DNA of 64,000 nt. It comes from Centroscyllium fabricii. Taxonomy: Eukaryota. Below the pieces are notes generated by a model. The model made no database searches. It was not told the DNA's origin and saw only the letters and a program-made list of their open reading frames with translations. The stretch lies in NCBI GenBank assembly GCA_051313645.2, contig JBNRSN020000001.1:145886001-145950000 (forward strand), in the 5' to 3' direction. Positions within the stretch are counted from its first letter, which is position 1. Every line of letters starts with the position of its first letter. Position numbers and translations under genes: made by a program. Positions 53,040-64,000 of the stretch are shown here, piece after piece.

Positions 53040-53450
53040 TGGGGCCGTGCACAAGATGGCGGCGCCCGTGGTTCGCACGCAGCCGACCGCGGTGGACAAG
53101 ATAGCGGCGCCGGGGAGTCGCACATGGCTGGCTGCTGGAAACAAGATGGTGGCGCCGGGGAGTCGCACGCAGCCGACCGCGGTGGACAAGATGGCGGTGC
53201 CGGGGAGTCACACATGGCTGGCCACTGGGAACAAGATGGCGGCGCCGGGGAGTCGCACATGGCTGGCCGGTGGGGACGAGATGGCGGCGCCCATGGTTCG
53301 CACGCGGCAGACCTCGGTGGACGAGGTGGCGGTGCCCGTGGTTCGCACGCAGCGGACCGCGCTGGGCGAGGAGGCGGTGCCCATGGTTCGCACGCAGCGG
53401 ACCGCGCTGGGCGAGGTGGCGGCTTTGGGGGGTCACACATGGCCGGCCGC
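53040..53450 (-). repeat. 45-bp tandem repeat between gag and protease of C
   Basis: About nine units encoding (A/P)(A/M)C(E/D)xxAPPxxPxR. Confidence 0.9.
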
Positions 53451-54605
53451 GGCCGCCATTGGCATGGCGGTGTCCGTGCCGTGCGCGCGGCCGGCCTCTG
53501 CTGTACAGGGACGGGAGACAGAGGCGCCTGTGGTTTACCCCCAGGCCGCTGCTGGGTCGCTCTGCAACAGCAGTTTACCTTAGGCCATGGGATGGCGTTG
53601 GAGCTCTCGCACGCTGTTGGATCTGGAGCTGTGCGCTGGGGCCAATTTGCAGGCCCTGGCGTAGTGTCCTTTCTTGCCGCATCTCTCGCAGGTCGCGCTC
53701 TTCGCAGGGCATTTCGCTCGCGGGTGTAGTCCCTGGCCGCAGAAGTAGCATCTACGCTCCGACGGCGTCTTCGCAGCTGCCGTTGCCATCGTGGGGTTCT
53801 CAACCTGTCGTGGGGCCGCCCAGGGATCGAGGGTATCGTATGGGCCTTGGCCGCCATACGCCTCTAGGTTGCGGCGCGCTCCGTCCACTGCGTTGGAGAT
53901 GGAGATCGCCTCCTCCAGTGATAGAGTGTCCTTTTCCAATAACCGCTGGCGGGCCTGGTTGGACCTGATTCCAGCCACGTATGCGTCCCGTACGAGGAGA
54001 TTTGTCTCCTCCTGCGCCGTTCATGGCAGGCAGTCACAGGCCCGAGCGAGGGCTTGAAGCGCCAACAGATATTGTTCGTTCGACTCACCGAGCCGCTGTT
54101 GTCTGGTCGCCAGGACGTGTCTGGCATAGACCGAGTGGACCGGGCGCAAGTAGCATTCCTTCAGTTTCTTCACCGCCTCTGTGTACGTCGTGAGGACGCG
54201 GATGAAGGAGTACACCCGGCTACTGATTCTGGACGAGAGGACGTGTAGTTTGTCCCCATCGCTCGTCGCCTTTGCGGCCTCCATGTAGGCCTCGACAAGG
54301 CTGAACCAATGTTCAAAAGTGTTGGCGGCGGCTGGTTCCTGTGGATTGATATCCAATTTTTCGGGTTTCACAGCGCCGCTCTCCATTTCAAAAATTAAGT
54401 TATTAAAATTGACGTATCGTCAATAAAACAAAGGCGAGTAGTTACCTTAACTATAGGCTTTTAATAACTTAAAGATGGAGCTAGTCCCCAGTTGAACATC
54501 AGGTACAGAATAACTGGGGGCAGGGCAGACCTCACCTATAAGGCTCCCACCTGAGGGGAGGAGTTAGAGGTGTGACTGACCTGGCCTTACAACCGTGTTC
54601 CACAT

Positions 54606-57600
54606 TGACGTATTGAGTAAAAGACTCAACGAGTAGTTACCGTAACTATAGGCTTTTAATCACTTATTTAGGAGCTACCCTCCGAACGAACATCTAAGCA
54701 GGAATGAGGGAGCCTCAGTCAGTCTCCACCTATAAAGGCCTCACCTGGGGGAGGAGTTAGAGGTGTGGCTGACCTGGCTCCCGACAGTGTTACAGGGCTG
54801 TGTATCACACATACACAGCCAATTATTGGCAACAAGAATACAGTGGTATACATAACATTATGGGTTACCACATTCACCCCTTCTTGAAAATTTTAAGTCC
54901 GGGGGGGTGAATGGACCGAGCAGTTCAATATCAGCCTATCCGGTGGTCGTGCCAGCCTGGAGGACCGCCGGAGTTCCGGTGATGATCCTTCATGGTCCGT
55001 GCTGCTCGAGTCCGCTGGTGGTGACAGTTGCCCTGGTGCCATGGTTTCGGGTGGTGATGGTCTCCGCTGGTCCGAGCTATCGGAGTGGTGGTCCTGGGTT
55101 GGCCACTGCTGGGGCTCTGGAAAACTCGGAGGCCATTGTAGGTGTAGGGGGTGTTCTGGATACTGTGGCTGAGCGGCCTGCTGGCCGACCAGGGGCTCTG
55201 CGGTGCTTCCTGCGGGCACCAGGTCCCTGATAGATACGGTGTCCTCACGCCCGTCCGGGAACTGCACGAATGCGTATTGCGGGTTCGCATGCAGGAGCTG
55301 CACCTTGTCCACTAGGGGCTACGGGATCTGACGAAGTGGGCGAGTCTTGTGGCCTCGGACGTGTCTTCTAAGGAAGACCGGCCCCGGTGTCGTGAGCCAT
55401 GGAGGAAGAGCTGTCCCCGAAGTCGACTTCCTGGGAAAAGCAAAAATCAAGTCATGAGGAGTTGCGTTAGTGGCCGTACATAGGAGAGAGCGTATAGAAT
55501 GCAGCGCGTCTGGGAGGACTGCCTGCCAATGGGCCACTGGAAGGCCTCTGGACTTCAGAGCCAGGATGACCGCCTTTCAGATGATCCCATTCTCCCTTTC
55601 TACCTGGCCGTTCCCCCGGGGGTTATAACTGGTCGTTCTGCTCGTGGCAACCCCTTTCTGGAGCAGAAACTGATGCAGTTCATCGCTCATGAACGATGAC
55701 CCCCCGGTCGCTATGGATGTAGCTGGGGAGACCGAAAATGGCGAACAGCGTGGTGAAGTGTTTTATCACCGTTGCGCTCGTCATATCTGCGCAGGGGAAG
55801 GCGAAGGGGAAGCGGGAGAACTCATCTACAACCGTGAGGAAGTATGAGTTGCGGTCGGTGGTGGGGAGGGGGCCTTTGAAGTCCACGCTGAGACGTTCAA
55901 AGGGGCGGGTGGCCTTGATGAGGTGCACCGTGTCTGGCCGGAAAAATTGGAGTTTGCACTCGGCACAAACAGGGCACTCTCGGGTCATAGCCTTGATCTC
56001 CGTGATGGAGTAGGGGAGGCTACGGGATCTGACGAAGTGGGCGAGTCTGGTGACACCCGGGTGGCAGAGGCGGTCGTGGAGGTCCTTCAGCCGGTCCAGC
56101 TGGGCACTGGCGCACGTTCCCCTGGACAGTGCGTCCGGGGGTTCATTGAGTTTCCCTGGTCGGTAAAGAATGTCATACTCGTAAGTCGAGAGTTCGATCC
56201 GCCACCGCAGGATCTTATCATTCTTGATCTTACCCTTCTGTTTATTATTAAACATAAACGCCACCGACCGTTGGTCGGTGAGAAGGGTAAAACACTTACC
56301 GGCCAGGTAATGACGCCAGTAGCGCACGGCCTCCACGATGGCCTGGGCCTCCTTTTCCACTGCTGAGTGGCGAGTTTCGGGTCCCTGTAGGGTGCGGGAG
56401 AAAAACGCTACGGGCCTGCCTGCCTGATTCAGGGTGGCAGCAAGGGTGAAGTCTGAAGCGTCGCTCTCCACCTGGAAGGGAATGGATTCATCAACAGCGA
56501 GCATGGTCGCCTTGATGATGTCTTCATTTATCCGGGCGAATGCCGTTTGGGCTTCTACCGAAAGGGGGAAAACGGCAGCCTTGAGGAGTGGTCTAGCCTT
56601 GTCCGCGAACTGTGGGACCCATTGTGCGTAATAGGAGAAAAATCCTAGGCATCTCCTCAAGGCTTTAGGGTTGTGAGGTAGGGGCAGTTCTTGAAGGGGT
56701 CGCATACACTGTGGGTCGGGGCCGAGGACCCCGTTCTCAACCACGTATCCGAGGATGGCGAGCCGATCTGTATTAAAGACAAATTTGTCTTTGTTATACG
56801 TGAGGTCCAGCTTATCCGCCGTGTCGAGAAATTTGGCCAGATTGGCATCGTGGTCCTGCTGGTCGTGGCCGCAGATGGTCACGTTGTCCAGGTAGGGGAA
56901 GGTAGCCTGCAACTCGTTCTGGTCAACCATGCGGTCTATCTCCCGCTGGAACACTGACACCTCCGTTGGTCACGCCAAAGGGGACCCGGAGGAAGTGGTA
57001 GAGCCGACCGTTCGCCTCGAAGGCGGTGTAGGGGCGGTCGGCTTTCCGGATCGGGAGTTGGTGATACGCTGACTTAAGGTCGATCGTGGAGAACACCTTG
57101 TACTGGGCGATCTGATTGACCATTTCCGAGATGCGGGGAAGGGGGTAGGCGTCGAGCCCGGTGTAGCGGTTGATGGTCTGGCTGTAATCGATCACCAGCC
57201 GTTGTTTCTCGCCAGACTTTACCACTACAACCTGGGCGCGCCAGGGGCTGGTGCTGGCTTCAATTATCCCCTCCTTCAGCATCGGCCCGACCTCCGACCT
57301 GATAAACGTGCGATCCCCCACACTGTACCGCTGACTCTTGGTAGCAATAGGTTTGCACTTGGGGTCGAGGTTGGCGAACAGTGAGGGGGGGTCGATTTTC
57401 AGGGTGGAGAGGCTGCAGGCCGGGCTCCGCTTTGGGAAGGGACTGTCCCGGCTACTGACGGTGACGGGGGGCAAGGACCCGCCGAACTCCATTGTCACGC
57501 TCTTGAGGTGGCACTGGAAATCCAGACCTAGTAAGGCTGGGGCATACAACTGCTGGAGGGTGTACAATTTAAAATTACGGTACACGCACCCCTTGACTGT

Positions 57601-59445
57601 GAGCGTGACGGAGCAGTAGCCGGTGACGTCCGCGGTGTGGGACTTTGAAGCAAGGGAGACTTGGTAGTTTGTGGGCAGGATCTGCAGTCCGCAGCGCTGC
57701 ACTGTATCGGGGTGCACAAAGCTCTCCGTGCTTCCAGTGTCAAATAGGCAATTAGTAGTATGGCCGTTTATTTTGATGGGCATTATTGAGTTAGACAGGG
57801 TGTGTGGCCTGTCCTGGTCCACTCTGGGTATGGCTGAAGCAGACGTGTGCTTTTGTGTGTGTGGGCCCCCTGCTGGTTGGGGCTGTATACAAAATGGCGG
57901 CGCCCCTGGCTCGCACATGGTGGGGCCCTGGAGACAAAATGGCGGCGCCCCTGGCTCGCACATGGTGGGGCCCTGGGGACAAAATGGCGGCGCCGAGGGG
58001 TCGCACATGTTGGGCCGCTGGGGGCGAGATGGCGGCGCCCGTGGTTCGCACGCGGCTGACCGCTGTGAGCGCGCTGGCGGCGCCCGTGGTTCGCACGCAG
58101 CGGGCCGCGGTGGCTGGGTTGCCGGTGCCCATGGTTCGCACGCAGCGAGCCGCGGTGGTCGGGTTGGCGGTGCCCGTGATTCGCACGCAGCCGGCCGCAT
58201 TGGGTCTGCTGCTGGCGTTGGGGGGTCGCGCTTGGCCGGCCTTTGCCGCCTCAGGGTGGTAGATGGGGGCGCTTTCCTCCTACCCCCGGACTGTCGCTGG
58301 ATCGCGCTGCTATTGCAGCTTACCTGAGGTCTGTCACTTTCACAGGCTGCGCTGTTGTACCTGGAGTTGGGCACTGTTGGTGCTGATCTGCAAGCCTTTG
58401 CGTAATGTCCCTTCTTGGCGCACCTCTCACAGGTCGCGGTCCTTGCTGGGCATCTCGCTCTTGGGTGCAGTCCCTGGCTGCAGAAGTAGCGGCGTTTGTC
58501 TTTTGTGGCTGTCGCAGCCATCGTGGGGGTGTCGACCTGTTGTGGTGCTGCCCAGGCCTGGGTCCGTTGTGGCGCGGCCCACATGTCGTAGGCCTGCGGG
58601 TTTGTGCCGCTGTAAGCTTGTAGTTTGTTGCGTGCTCCTTCCACGGAGTTAGATATAGCAATCGCGTCTTCGAGGGACAAAGTGTCTTTTTCGAGCAGCC
58701 GCTGGCGGGCCTCCACGCACCTTAGTCCAGTTACATACGCGTCTCGGACGAGGAGGTTCGCCTCCTCTTCTGCTGTCCGGGCTTGGCAGCCACAGACCCA
58801 TACCAGGGCCTGGAGCGCTTGCTCAAATTGTTCATTAGTCTCACCCGGTAGTTGTGGTCTGGTCGCGAGCACATGTCTGGCTTAGACCGAATGGACCGGG
58901 CGCTCGTAGCATTTCCTCAGCTTTTCCACTGCCTCTGGGTAGGTTTTGGCGTCTCGGATGAGGGAGAATACTCGGCTGGAGATCCTGGACCGGAGAACCT
59001 GTAGCTTGTTCCCGTCGGTTGTAGCCTTGGCGGCGTCCATATAGGCCTCCAGGAGACCGAACCAGTGTTCGAACGTGGTGGCAGCGGCAGGGTCCTGTGG
59101 ACTGATATCCAGCTTTTCTGGCTTTACTGCACCGCTCTCCATTTTAAAACTTTAAGTGATTAAAATTGACGTATCGTCAATATCTCAGAGTAAAAGACTC
59201 AACGAGTAGTTACCGAAACTATAGGCTTTTAATCACTTACTTAGGAGCTACCCTCCGAACGAACATCTAAGCAGGAATGAGGGAGCCTCAGTCAGTCTCC
59301 ACCTATAAAGGCCTCACCTGGGGGAGGAGTTAGAGGTGTGGCTGACCTGGCTCCCGACAGTGTTACAGGGCTGTGTATCACACATACACAGCCAATTATT
59401 GGCAACAAGAATACAGTGGTATACATAACATTATGGGTTACCACA
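54606..59445 (-). mobile_element. Gypsy element D (YLDN lineage) inserted in the 5' LTR of C
   Basis: TSD cacat; LTRs 54606-54872 and 59167-59445 (2 substitutions plus a 12-bp indel); gag ATG at 59142; gag-pol nearly intact with a few lesions. Confidence 0.95.
57885..58200 (-). repeat. 45-bp tandem repeat between gag and protease of D
   Basis: About seven units encoding xxCEPxAPP. Confidence 0.88.
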
Positions 59446-59747
59446 CACATCTAATACATTCAATGCGCCAAGCAACTATATACATGGGTCATGTGGTGCA
59501 GTACGATTACAATCCAACTGTATACACTGGTAATATGATTACCACAATAGTTAAAAGTACATTCCGTCTCCTCTGCTCATTGCTGTTCGGTCAAGATGCA
59601 ATACATATATTTGACCAAACTGAGAACTTTGAATCAATGTTTTATGTGGTAATGATTGTTAGTGTATTGGATAGTAAGGTTGCTCCAGGGCTCATGACCA
59701 AGATGAAATGGTAATATCATGGAAACATGTAACTTAATTAGATGTGA

Positions 59748-61340
59748 GGGGCTGAATTTCAATCTGCAGGAACACGTGGGTTTGGGAGCCGGTGGGGGGG
59801 GTTAAAAGTGGCGAACTTGAGACTGCATTTACTGCAACACGTTAGGTTGCATGTGAGCAAACCCCTCAGGAGAGATGGGTTGTCAATTACCATAATTGTT
59901 CAATTAGACTGATATTGACATGGGGTTTCTACTTTAATTTTGGGTCCATGGGTTTTCCAGACTTCCTGGAACTCGCCAGTGAAGGCAAGGCGAGAACATA
60001 GCGGCATTTGAGGGGGGTCAATCCATCTCAGGGAACTATTGCAATACTCACAACTTCTTTCTTACCTGCTTGTGGGAAAGGGTTTGTTCACGGTACTTGT
60101 ATTGAGAGATTACTCTACACACTTTGGAGGTTTCTTCAACACTTTGGTGGTGTCATCTACACTTTGGAGTTTGGAGGTCTGTTCTGCAGTTTGGAGCTCT
60201 GACCTATCAAATCAGCATGGGTGCCGCTTCCACTGCCATAAGCTAGATGACCAACAACAACTTGTATTTATATAGCGCCTTTAATGCAGTAAAACGTCCC
60301 AAGGCACTTCTCAGGAGTGTTATAAGAAAAAAATGACACCGAGCCACATAAGGAGAAAATTAGGGCAGATGACCAAAAGCTTGGTCAAAGAGATAGGTTT
60401 TAAGGGGCATCTTAAAAGAGAAAAAAGAGATGTAGAGAGGTGGAGAGGTTTTGGAAGGGAATTCCAGAGCTTAGGGCCTCTGCAGCTGAAGGCACGGCTG
60501 CCAACGGTTGAGCGATTAAAATCAGGGATGCTCAAGAGGCCAGAATTGGAGGAGCACAGATATCTCAGGGGTGATGGGTGAACGGGATTTGGTGCGAGTT
60601 AGGCTGACTTCCCACAGGTGCAGGACGTTATCGGCTACATACATGTGGTAATTAAGGAACCACCAGATCACCCAGAAGTATTCGTCAACTGCAAGGGCTT
60701 CCGCTCCATCAATGTGCAGCTGGTGTACAACTACAAAAAAGATCTTTAGGCAAGTGGGCGCAAGATTCCCGGACAACTGCCATGACGCCTTCATCTCGCA
60801 GCAGTCCACCCTCCCTGATCTCGTCACACCTGGAAGCAGAGTTACCCACTGCCATTGCTCTCCCCTTTCCTGTCCTGCTTCGGTCATTGAAGCACTTCCT
60901 GCATTGGATCCAGAAGCATGGCACCATGCTCCTGCTGCTGACCTCCTGGGCAAACTCCAACCATGCCTTCTTTGTGTCAGCAGCAGACTTCTTCCTCCCA
61001 TCACTAGGGAGCAGTATCTCGCTCCAGGTCCTTACAGTTCCCAGGGAGGTGTCGCTGAGGCGGGGCACAGCCTTTGCCCATCTCAACTCCATTTCAATAG
61101 TGTTTTGTTTCTCCAATGCAACTCCAACTGTTTCAAACTCCATGTTTGGAGAGTCTCTTTAAATACTGCAGTTCAGATCGCATCATGCAGGACATCATCA
61201 CACCCGCCGACGCAAATAGGACAGAAAACCTAGAAGTAAAATGATAATGAGCCACTGACAGATGTGCTGCACTTCCAGGTTTCTCACGCGATATCGGGCA
61301 CCCCCGTTCCCAACACATCTGCAAATTAAAATCCAGTCCA
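59748..61340. mobile_element. Internally deleted, decayed Harbinger element
   Basis: + strand transposase relic 60605-60820 (FPQVQ...VNCKGFRSINVQLV...CHDAFI); - strand Myb relic 60860-61090 (AWLEFAQEVSSRS...QCRKCFND); imperfect TIRs. Confidence 0.7.
60255..60603 (-). mobile_element. L2-like LINE 3' fragment
   Basis: GSRAFSCRGPKLWNSLP motif followed by a 3' tail ending in (ttg)n on the minus strand. Confidence 0.75.
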
Positions 61341-61669
61341 AGGAAGCTACTGAGTGTATGAGAACATTGCACCAGCAATTGAGGTCTAAAATCAATGCCC
61401 ACGCGATCACAGGTGATAATGATAAATTTTGTGATAACCAGAACCAAAGGAGTGGAGTACACCCATGAGAAACATAAGTCAGCTGCGAACAACCCACCAA
61501 TCAAAAATCAATGCACAGTCAGGAAAGTGTAGTTAAGAATGGTTAATTAATAGCTTTCTCTTGGAAATGGTTGTGTCGTTGACAGCACCACGACATGAAA
61601 TGGTTAATATAGCTCTGGAGCTTGAAAACACATGCTGTAGAACTACTGATTTAAACTTTAAAACATCCT

Positions 61670-62910
61670 TTGGATGAAACGTTAAACCAAAGCCCCATCT
61701 GCTCTATCAGGAGGATGTAAAAGATCCCATGGCACTATGTTGAAGAAGAGCAGGAGAGTTCTTTCCAGTGTTTTGTTCAATATTTATCTCTCAACCAACA
61801 GCACTAAAACAGATTTGTCTGGTCCTTTTAACATTGCTGTTTATGGGAGCTTGCTGTGCGAAATTGGCTACTGCTTTTAACAGTGACTATGGGGTGGATT
61901 TTTACAAAGGTGGGGGAAGCTGTTGGGTTTTGGGTGGGTCAGCTTTCTGTCCCGCCTGCCTAAGGACATGGGAGGCCCGAACGATTTTGCCTCAAGTGGC
62001 CAATTAAATCCCCGTCGGTCTGCGTCGTTTTCAATACACACTTCTCAGTCAGGAAGCCTGGGCCGTCCTTTCAGATTCTGAATGACCGGGCGGCTTTTGA
62101 TTGACAGGCCTGAAGAGTTGTAGTAGCTCAGAAACCACTAAGCCTGATTGACAATTCTGAAGTGGTTGCTTTGTTTCAATGTTGACAGAGGATTGTGCTC
62201 TCACAGTCCAAAGCAAACATTGTAACCACAAAGCAAACACTTCAAGTGGTTCACTGTTTGTTTGTGGTTTCAATGGAATGTAAACAGAAACTGATCCCCT
62301 GGGTGATTGACAGCTTGCTTCACAGACAGTGCTGGCAGCACGATCTCTGTGAATGGCTGGGACACAGATGAAGGTGAGTGATCTCTACTTTTTGGGGCAC
62401 TGCATTTTCCCACCCTTGGGTGGCAGCTGCACCTCCAGCATGGTAGAGGCTAGCAAGCTGCTCTGTGGCTCCTGTGCCCATGCCTTGAAGGTGGCAGTCA
62501 CCCAGCCGATTGGGTGCCCACCACCTTTCAACGGCGGGGTTCCCACCAGGCGGGTTTTGGGTGGGAAGAGGGTGAAAATAGCTGAGGGCCCTTAAAATAG
62601 GATTATCCATCCAATTAAGGGCCCTCAATGAGCTCATTGAGCATCCCCACCGGCGGCCGGCGGGAAACATTCGGGGCGGGAAAACCCACCCGAGGAAACT
62701 GGCAAATAGGTGGGGATACGGCGGGGTGGGTTCCCGCCTGCCGGATTTCTGATTTTAGACCCCACCCCGCTGGAAACCTGCACTCAGGGACCTCCGAAAA
62801 TCCCCCCCTATATTTCTGAAGTGCTTTATTGGCTGCACAGTGCTTTGGAATGTACTGAGGTCATGAAAGGCTGAGCAAAAAATCCAAGTTCTTTCTTTCT
62901 TTCTTTCTAA
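61670..62910 (+). mobile_element. Deu-domain SINE split by a MITE
   Basis: Same family as 12705-12884; halves join across 61891-62808. Confidence 0.65.
61891..62808. mobile_element. MITE, Harbinger-type, related to 12939-13774
   Basis: TIR ggggtggatttt / aaaatccccccc, TSD tat; shares gctgagggcccttaaaat...ccaattaagggccct block with 13547-13592. Confidence 0.78.
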
Positions 62911-63514
62911 GTTCTTGCCTTGAATCAAGGCACTGACACGTGCTCCATAAACAAACCATCTTTTTACATACTAATTAATAAAATAATCAGGATAGAGTTA
63001 AGCACACTGATACCCATCAGAGGGATTGAAATTAAATTAAAGAGGAACATCGAATTTGGAATTCTAAAATTCAGAGTTGGGTTCCCTTGATTTAACACTG
63101 AAATTGCAACAATTGAGGGCTAGGGAGAAATAATAATCATTCAGAATTATCCACAAGATGGATAACAGTAAAAGGACTGCTGTGTAATCTTTTAAGCCCA
63201 AGGGATAGTTTCTTTATAATATCGTAGTATTTGGGGGAGCTTCATTTTCACTGTCGTTTCTGTACAATGCTTTGGGCCATTTACTGTGGTAGGGCATCTA
63301 ATGCATCTGCCATTAATTAGACTTAACCTTGCACGTTTAGGTTTTTAAAATTTTTGTGCGGCAAGTTACTGGAAGTGCAAGCTGATAACGTCACAGCAAG
63401 GGAAACTGGGCACCTGGAATCTGAGTGAACAGGAAAACCAATTGTACAATAAGATCGAAGGATTGTGAAATTAGTAGCGCAAGGACTGAGAAGGAACTGT
63501 AAGTTCGAATGGGT

Positions 63515-64000
63515 CTGCGTGGTCGGAGCACTGGGGCCTGTGTGGTCAGAGCACTGAGGTCGGCGTGGTCGGAGCACCTGTGTCGGCGTGATCGGAGCAC
63601 CGGGATCGGCATTATCAGAGCACCGGGGCAATCGTGGTCGGAGCACTGGGGTCGTCGTGGTCGGAGCACTGGGGTCATCGTGGTCGGAGCGCCGGGGTCG
63701 GCGTGGTTGGAGCACCGGGGTCGGCGTGGTTGGAGCACCGGTGTTGGCGTGGTCGGAGCACCAGGATCGGCGTGGTCGGAGCACCGGGCTCGATGTGGTC
63801 AGAGTACCGGCGTCATCGTGGTCGGAGCACTGGGGTCATCGTGGTCGGAGCGCCGGGGTCGGCGTGGTTGGAGCACCGGGGTCGGCGTGGTTGGAGCACC
63901 GGTGTTGGCGTGGTTGGAGCACCAGGATCGGCGTGGTCGGAGCACCGGGCTCGATGTGGTCAGAGTACCGGCGTCATCGTGGTCGGAGCACCGGGGTCAG
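63515..64000. repeat. GC-rich 23-bp minisatellite running off the window end
   Basis: Unit cgtggtcggagcaccggggtcgg, more than 20 copies. Confidence 0.95.

Larger units (their letters stand above)
47555..59546 (-). mobile_element. Gypsy element C (YLDN lineage) inserted in the 3' LTR of E
   Basis: TSD atagt; 3' LTR 47555-47846; 5' LTR split into 54410-54605 and 59446-59546; gag ATG at 54386, protease LFDTGS, RT, RNase H, integrase. Confidence 0.95.
36580..59603 (+). mobile_element. Gypsy element E (Mag-like), outermost of the nested stack
   Basis: TSD catat; 5' LTR 36580-36793, PBS tggcgacgag at 36795; gag from about 37081, protease MELDSGS, RT YLDD, RNase H, integrase; 3' LTR split into 47391-47554 and 59547-59603. 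Confidence 0.93.

Noticed and set aside
51347-53857. 836-aa ORF as a novel fusion protein
   Set aside because: Frameshifted gag-pol of C running into the inserted CR1; chimeric artefact
63515-64000. CRISPR-like array
   Set aside because: Head-to-tail units with no unique spacers, eukaryotic context, no cas genes

Overview
Vertebrate genomic DNA, most likely a cartilaginous fish (V-SINE/HE1-type and Deu-type SINEs, CR1 LINEs). The only host gene is the 3' end of an SLC5A7-like choline transporter (+ strand, exons 1594-1811 and 14575-15105). Almost everything else is transposable element. The intron holds a Harbinger containing a Penelope containing a SINE, plus a truncated Gypsy and MITEs. 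Downstream are two nested Gypsy stacks whose boundaries all resolve by target-site duplications (TSDs): A (17642-27133) contains B, and E (36580-59603) contains F and C, with D inside C. There is also a transposase-less Harbinger carrying an intact spliced MADF gene (31142-34872), and a 23-bp minisatellite at the end. The best candidate for a novel system is the Gypsy lineage A/B/C/D. These elements have no tRNA primer-binding site. In its place is a 12-14 bp stem with compensatory changes that pairs with the LTR's own polyA-signal region and encloses conserved hairpins. All four also carry YLDN instead of YxDD in the RT active site. This suggests tRNA-independent self-priming coupled to a non-canonical reverse transcriptase. 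All calls were made by eye, with no database searches.
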